This document shows, piece after piece, positions 59,757 through 64,000 of a stretch of DNA of 64,000 bases. The stretch lies in NCBI GenBank assembly GCA_025558095.1, contig JAIVFI010000022.1, positions 372,001 to 436,000 on the forward strand, written 5' to 3'. Position numbers and translations under genes: made by a program. The notes under the pieces were generated by a model. That model was not told where the DNA came from and searched no databases. It worked only from the letters and a program-made list of their open reading frames with translations. Position 1 is the stretch's first letter. Each line of letters opens with the position of its first letter. This DNA is from Hyaloraphidium curvatum SAG 235-1 (Eukaryota > Fungi > Monoblepharomycota).

Positions 59757-61125
59757 CTACTCAAAAGCGAGCGAAAGCCCAAGCTTGTGCACTGTCCGTC
59801 GGAAGGCGATGAGGATACGCGGCAACGGCGCCCAGCTCTTCCAACTCACCGTTCTCCTGAAGCCTGGTGGTGTCGAAGCTACCGGCGAGGGTGACCTTGA
59901 CGCCGGGGCGAAGAATCTGCGAGTAGCTAAGCCCAAGGATGCCTGCGTTGTTGATCTTGGCCTGGCCGTGTCATCGGGACAGTGAGCAGCTGCCATTTTC
60001 CGGTCGTTCATCTGTACGCACCCTGACGGCGGTGTCGCGGTCGAGGACGTAGCGGGTGCCGACTTCGATGGCCACTGGGCCTTCGCTCTTCTTGTCCCAG
60101 ACGGCCCTGGCGCCGGCCTCGACATCGGGGGCAACCCGGTGGAAGTACGAGGCAGTGAATACGTTCAGCGCGTTGTTGCTGGTTGGTGAAGCTTCATGAG
60201 CCGCGACTCCGGGCACCGGAGGGGGCCATAACATCTCACGCGGCAAGCGATACGGCGTAGTCCTTGGCGGTGTAGCCGACGGCGGCGTTGTACTTGGTCA
60301 CCTTGGCCTCCTGCACATCGTAGGCCACCTCGCCCCCAAGGAGGAACCCGTCCGAGCTGCAACAGCCCACAGCACGTGAGGCGCAGACACATGGCTGCAC
60401 GGCGATCCACGAACCCGATCACGGCGTCCGACTGCAGGGTGGGGCCGCGGAAGAGATCGACGCTCGAACGGGCGTACACGTAGTCCTGCTTGTACTCGGC
60501 GGTGGCCTTCGCGTTCCGTTGGCTGCCCGATGTTAAGCGTACTCTCTACCATTCGCAAGGAACGCACTAACCCGACGGCGGGCAGAAGCGAGGCGTCAAG
60601 GGCGAGCTTCAGCCCCTTGGCCACAGTGTTCTCGAGCTCGACGGTGCCGGAGAGCACGTTGCTGGTGCTCCAGCTCTCCGTGATGGTCAATCCTGGACAA
60701 CCAAGGGGTGAGGTCGGCCACGAGGATGATCCGAGACCTTGGCGTACCGCGGGCCTTGTTCGACCACCTTCGAGCAGCCTCAACGTCAACCGCGGACGGC
60801 AAAAGCGGACAGAGCCACCCACTTCGTCTTCAAATCACCGGCGATCGCGCCGCTCTTGTTGTCCTTCGCACCGGTAACGGTGAAGCTCTTCAATCGTAGC
60901 GCGAGCAAGGTCAGCGGATCGGCGCCACACCGGAAGTTGGGGCACGACGCACCACGCCGTTCGAGGCCACGGTCTTGACCTCGAGCTTGACATTTCCGGC
61001 CGGGTAATCCTTCCCAAGGAGGTCGTTGAGGCCCTTGCCAACGTCAGAGTAAGGGATGGCCCTGTTCCCGGTACGGAGAGCCGGTGCGAGAGGGAGGCAA
61101 CCGCGCCCGACAGGCACATGAACAT
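59757..61125 (-). CDS. POR1: Mitochondrial porin (VDAC)
   Basis: PYSDVGKGLNDLLGKDYP, GLKLALD, VDLFRGP, GGEVAYDV, AKINNAGILGLSYSQILRPGVKVTL, HKLGLSLAFE. Confidence 0.95.
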
Positions 61126-61361
61126 CGTCCGCCGAATCCAAAGCGTGTGAATACCAACGACATGATGAATCCGGTGGCAGACAAGCGGAGGACGCAGGGA
61201 CGGACGACGCAGAAGATGTGCCGGTATCGTCGGACGTCAACAGGCCGCGCGCGAAGCCGGAGCCATCAGCGCAAACGCGTCGCGCCCCCAATGCGACCTG
61301 GAGTCCCACCAACCCCCGGCTCGGGCCGCTCTCATGCCGGGTGACAGTAGAAGGAACCCAC

Positions 61362-64000
61362 ATGGACAAATCGGACCAGGAGCGGGCACTGGTCGCCCTT
61401 GGATTGAGCACCAGCTCGTCGCCCGAGGTTGGCTCCCCACACCGCGATCGTGCAACGCGTTCCAAACCTAGTGACCAGGAGGAGGACGATGTCGACAACC
61501 GATTGACGGAAGGACTGATAGACGGGGCTGACTGGGACGAGCGGAAACTGTCGGAGCTCGATCAAGGCGGGGTGAAGGATGCCGTGCTCAGGGTGCTGTT
61601 CCCACCGGAAGAACGCGGAAGCTTCGGCTCATTCGGATGCCCAGGGAGTCGATCTTCGGCTCTACGCCAAGCAGGTCGAAGAGGAGCTCCAGACCGTGGA
61701 AGACCTTCACATTGTGGACTGTCGGTAATCCAACGGCACGCCCCGGAGCCCTCCTGACGTGACCTGGGACGGGCAGATATCAAGAACAGCCAACTGTTTG
61801 CGGATTTGCACTCCGAGATCCAAGTGGGTCGCCTGGTTCGTGCCGTTGGACTCGAACCGAACTCCGGATCCGCCAGGGTTGCGACACTATTCTAGCTCGG
61901 ATGGAAGCGCTACTCAGCGGATTCCACGCCGAGCTTGGGGCTATAGGCACAGAGATACAGGCGCTCCAAGAGCAGTCTGATTCCTGGAGCACGCGCCATA
62001 AGAACCGAGCTGTACGTGAAACTGCCTTTTGCCGCACCGCGACGCTGACGTAGCAGGCGCCAGGTGGTGCAACAGCAGCTGAACAATGTGCTTGAAGGCC
62101 TCGTCGTAAGCCCGGAGCTCATAAGGTGCCTGCCTGCGTCGTGGTTTCGTGCATACTTAGAAGTTGACGCCGTACCACGCATCGGCAGGAGAATCGCGGA
62201 CGGCGAGGTTGGGGAAGTCTACGTGCAGGCCGTGGCCGAGCTGGACAAGAAGATCGCGTACGTCAAGTCGCAGCAGGGGAAGCCTTTGAGGGCCTTTAGG
62301 GACGTTGGCCCGGAACTGGAGCGTTTAAGATTGAAAGCGAGTGGTCTGGACTCTGCGCTTGACTGGAGCTGGAAAGTCTGACGAAATGTACAGGCAGCGG
62401 ACAAGATACGGACCTTCTTTGCCGAGCGTATGAAGGCGCTGCGGAGCCACAATGCCAACCTGTCAATAGTCCAGCAGAGCTCGTTGCTCAAGTTCAAAGA
62501 GCTGTTCTGGTTCCTCGTCGACCGGCACCAGGATGCGGCGTCAGATTTGCGGCAAAGCTACATGAACACGGTTGAGGCATATTACTATTCGCACTTCGAG
62601 AAGTACATAAAGACGCTCGCAAAGCTACAGGTAGAGCCGCATCGTCGGAGCCCCCGCCACGTACCCTGACCCTCGTTCGCAGATCCCCCCGGGCAAATCT
62701 GAGTTTCTGGGTCAGGATGAGGCGAAGAAGGGTGCGTTCTCATGCCCTTCGGCGAACGATTGATTCTTATGGCGATGGCGCCACAGGCCTGTTTGCCGCC
62801 TCGAAGCCAGCTGTCCGCGACCGAGGGAACGTCTACTCTCTGGGAGACCGCATACAGGTCCTTTCCAACCCGGACCCCGGAATCATTGTCACGCACGTTG
62901 CAGAGGCGAGCAACCAGGTTGGGCGCCTGCAAGTTCCTGTCGCGACCCTTGCTGATCCAGCGCAGCACTTTCCGTACGAGGTCATCTTCAAGAGCTTCAA
63001 TCGGTTGCTCCTTGACAATGCTGCATCCGAGTACGTGTTCATATCGGAGTTCTTCCAGTCTCCACGCCTCCGGCATTCTTTGTCCAAATCTGCCAATGGA
63101 GCCATCCTCGCTGCCGTGACGTTCGTCAGCGTGTTTGGCTCCACGTTGGAGCTCCTGCTGGTGAGCAAGGTCGCCGTCAGATGGACTGCCATTCGCTGAC
63201 CAATCTCCACAACCACCCAGGCGTCCATCAAGAGCTTTGTGGAGGCTACAACAGATGCGATCGCGGTTCTGCTCGCCATACGAATGAACCAACAGCATCA
63301 GTTCATAATGCAGCGCCGCCAGGTTCCTTGTTTGGAGAGCTACTTCAACGCGATCAACATGCTTCTTTGGCCGCGTTTCCAGATGATCATGGACATGCAC
63401 GTGGAAAGCGTTCGCCGGAGTGGCACGGCGCACTTGGTGGGAAACAACAAGGAAGTTCATCCGCACTACGTGAGTGCAAATGCGCTCTGCCTTGGCGCGG
63501 CTGACAGGCGGGGGCCAAAGATTACAAGGCGGTATGCCGAGTTTGCCTCGTCAATCCTCTCGCTGAATCAGGGCTACGAAGATCCTCTCGTTCTGGCTAG
63601 GTTGTGGCTTTTTGGCATCGCGTCCTACTCGAGAGTAACATTTGTCTCGTAGTCTTGCGCGCTTGCGCGGTGAAGTGGATGCACTCCTGTTAAAGATGTC
63701 AGGCGAGATCGCGGACAAGAAAAGCCGTCTCATTTTCATGATCAACAACTACGATTTGGTTCTGCTCATCTTGAATGTAAGTTCCGGACGTCTTCGCCGA
63801 CGCAGTAACCACAAGACCGGTTCAGGAACATTCCGAATCGGCGTTCGACGGCGAAAAGTCGACCTTTCAGGACGCATTGGGGAGCAAGACAGCCGAATAC
63901 GTCGAGGAAGAGCTACGTCCGCACTTTTCTTCCCTCATCGCCTTTGTCACCAAGTTTGAGAGCGTTCTGACCTCGCCCGATACGGCGAAGGAGGAAGAAC
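61362..64000 (+). CDS. VPS52: GARP complex subunit Vps52 (3' end outside window)
   Basis: GVDLRLYAKQVEEEL, DVGPELERLRLK|AADKIR, FPYEVIFKSFNRLLLDNAASEY, LLWPRFQMIMDMH, PHY|ITRRYAEF, FMINNYDLV. Confidence 0.93.

Overview
Eukaryotic, GC-rich (roughly 60% by eye), very compact and intron-dense genomic DNA, most likely from an early-diverging fungus. The gene set is fungal-type, the beta-adaptin keeps its appendage domain, and most introns are about 45-70 nt. Positions 1-33.9 kb and 53-64 kb hold 23 housekeeping genes (CMS1, QCR7, BRF1, APC10, beta-adaptin, BMS1, TMEM170-like, DDB1, ABD1, RPN10, TGL3-like, LCB3, IPP1, VPS33, a DnaJ, ZCCHC10-like, RPS23, YPD1, CDT1, importin NMD5, SCL1, VDAC, VPS52) in almost strictly alternating orientation. 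Between the convergent CDT1 and NMD5 genes lies a ~19 kb nest of mobile DNA: two LINE fragments, a defective Copia inserted in one of them, and an intact Copia inserted in that Copia. The most striking element is a ~6.1 kb Crypton-like unit (about 45.58-51.74 kb). It encodes an intron-containing CryptonF-type tyrosine recombinase (Ndc10-II plus GCR1_C-like) and also an intron-containing serine recombinase of resolvase/large-serine-recombinase architecture, and it is bounded by arrays of a GTGAC/GTCAC motif and a 41-bp palindrome. All gene models and family assignments were made by eye from motifs; no database search was run.
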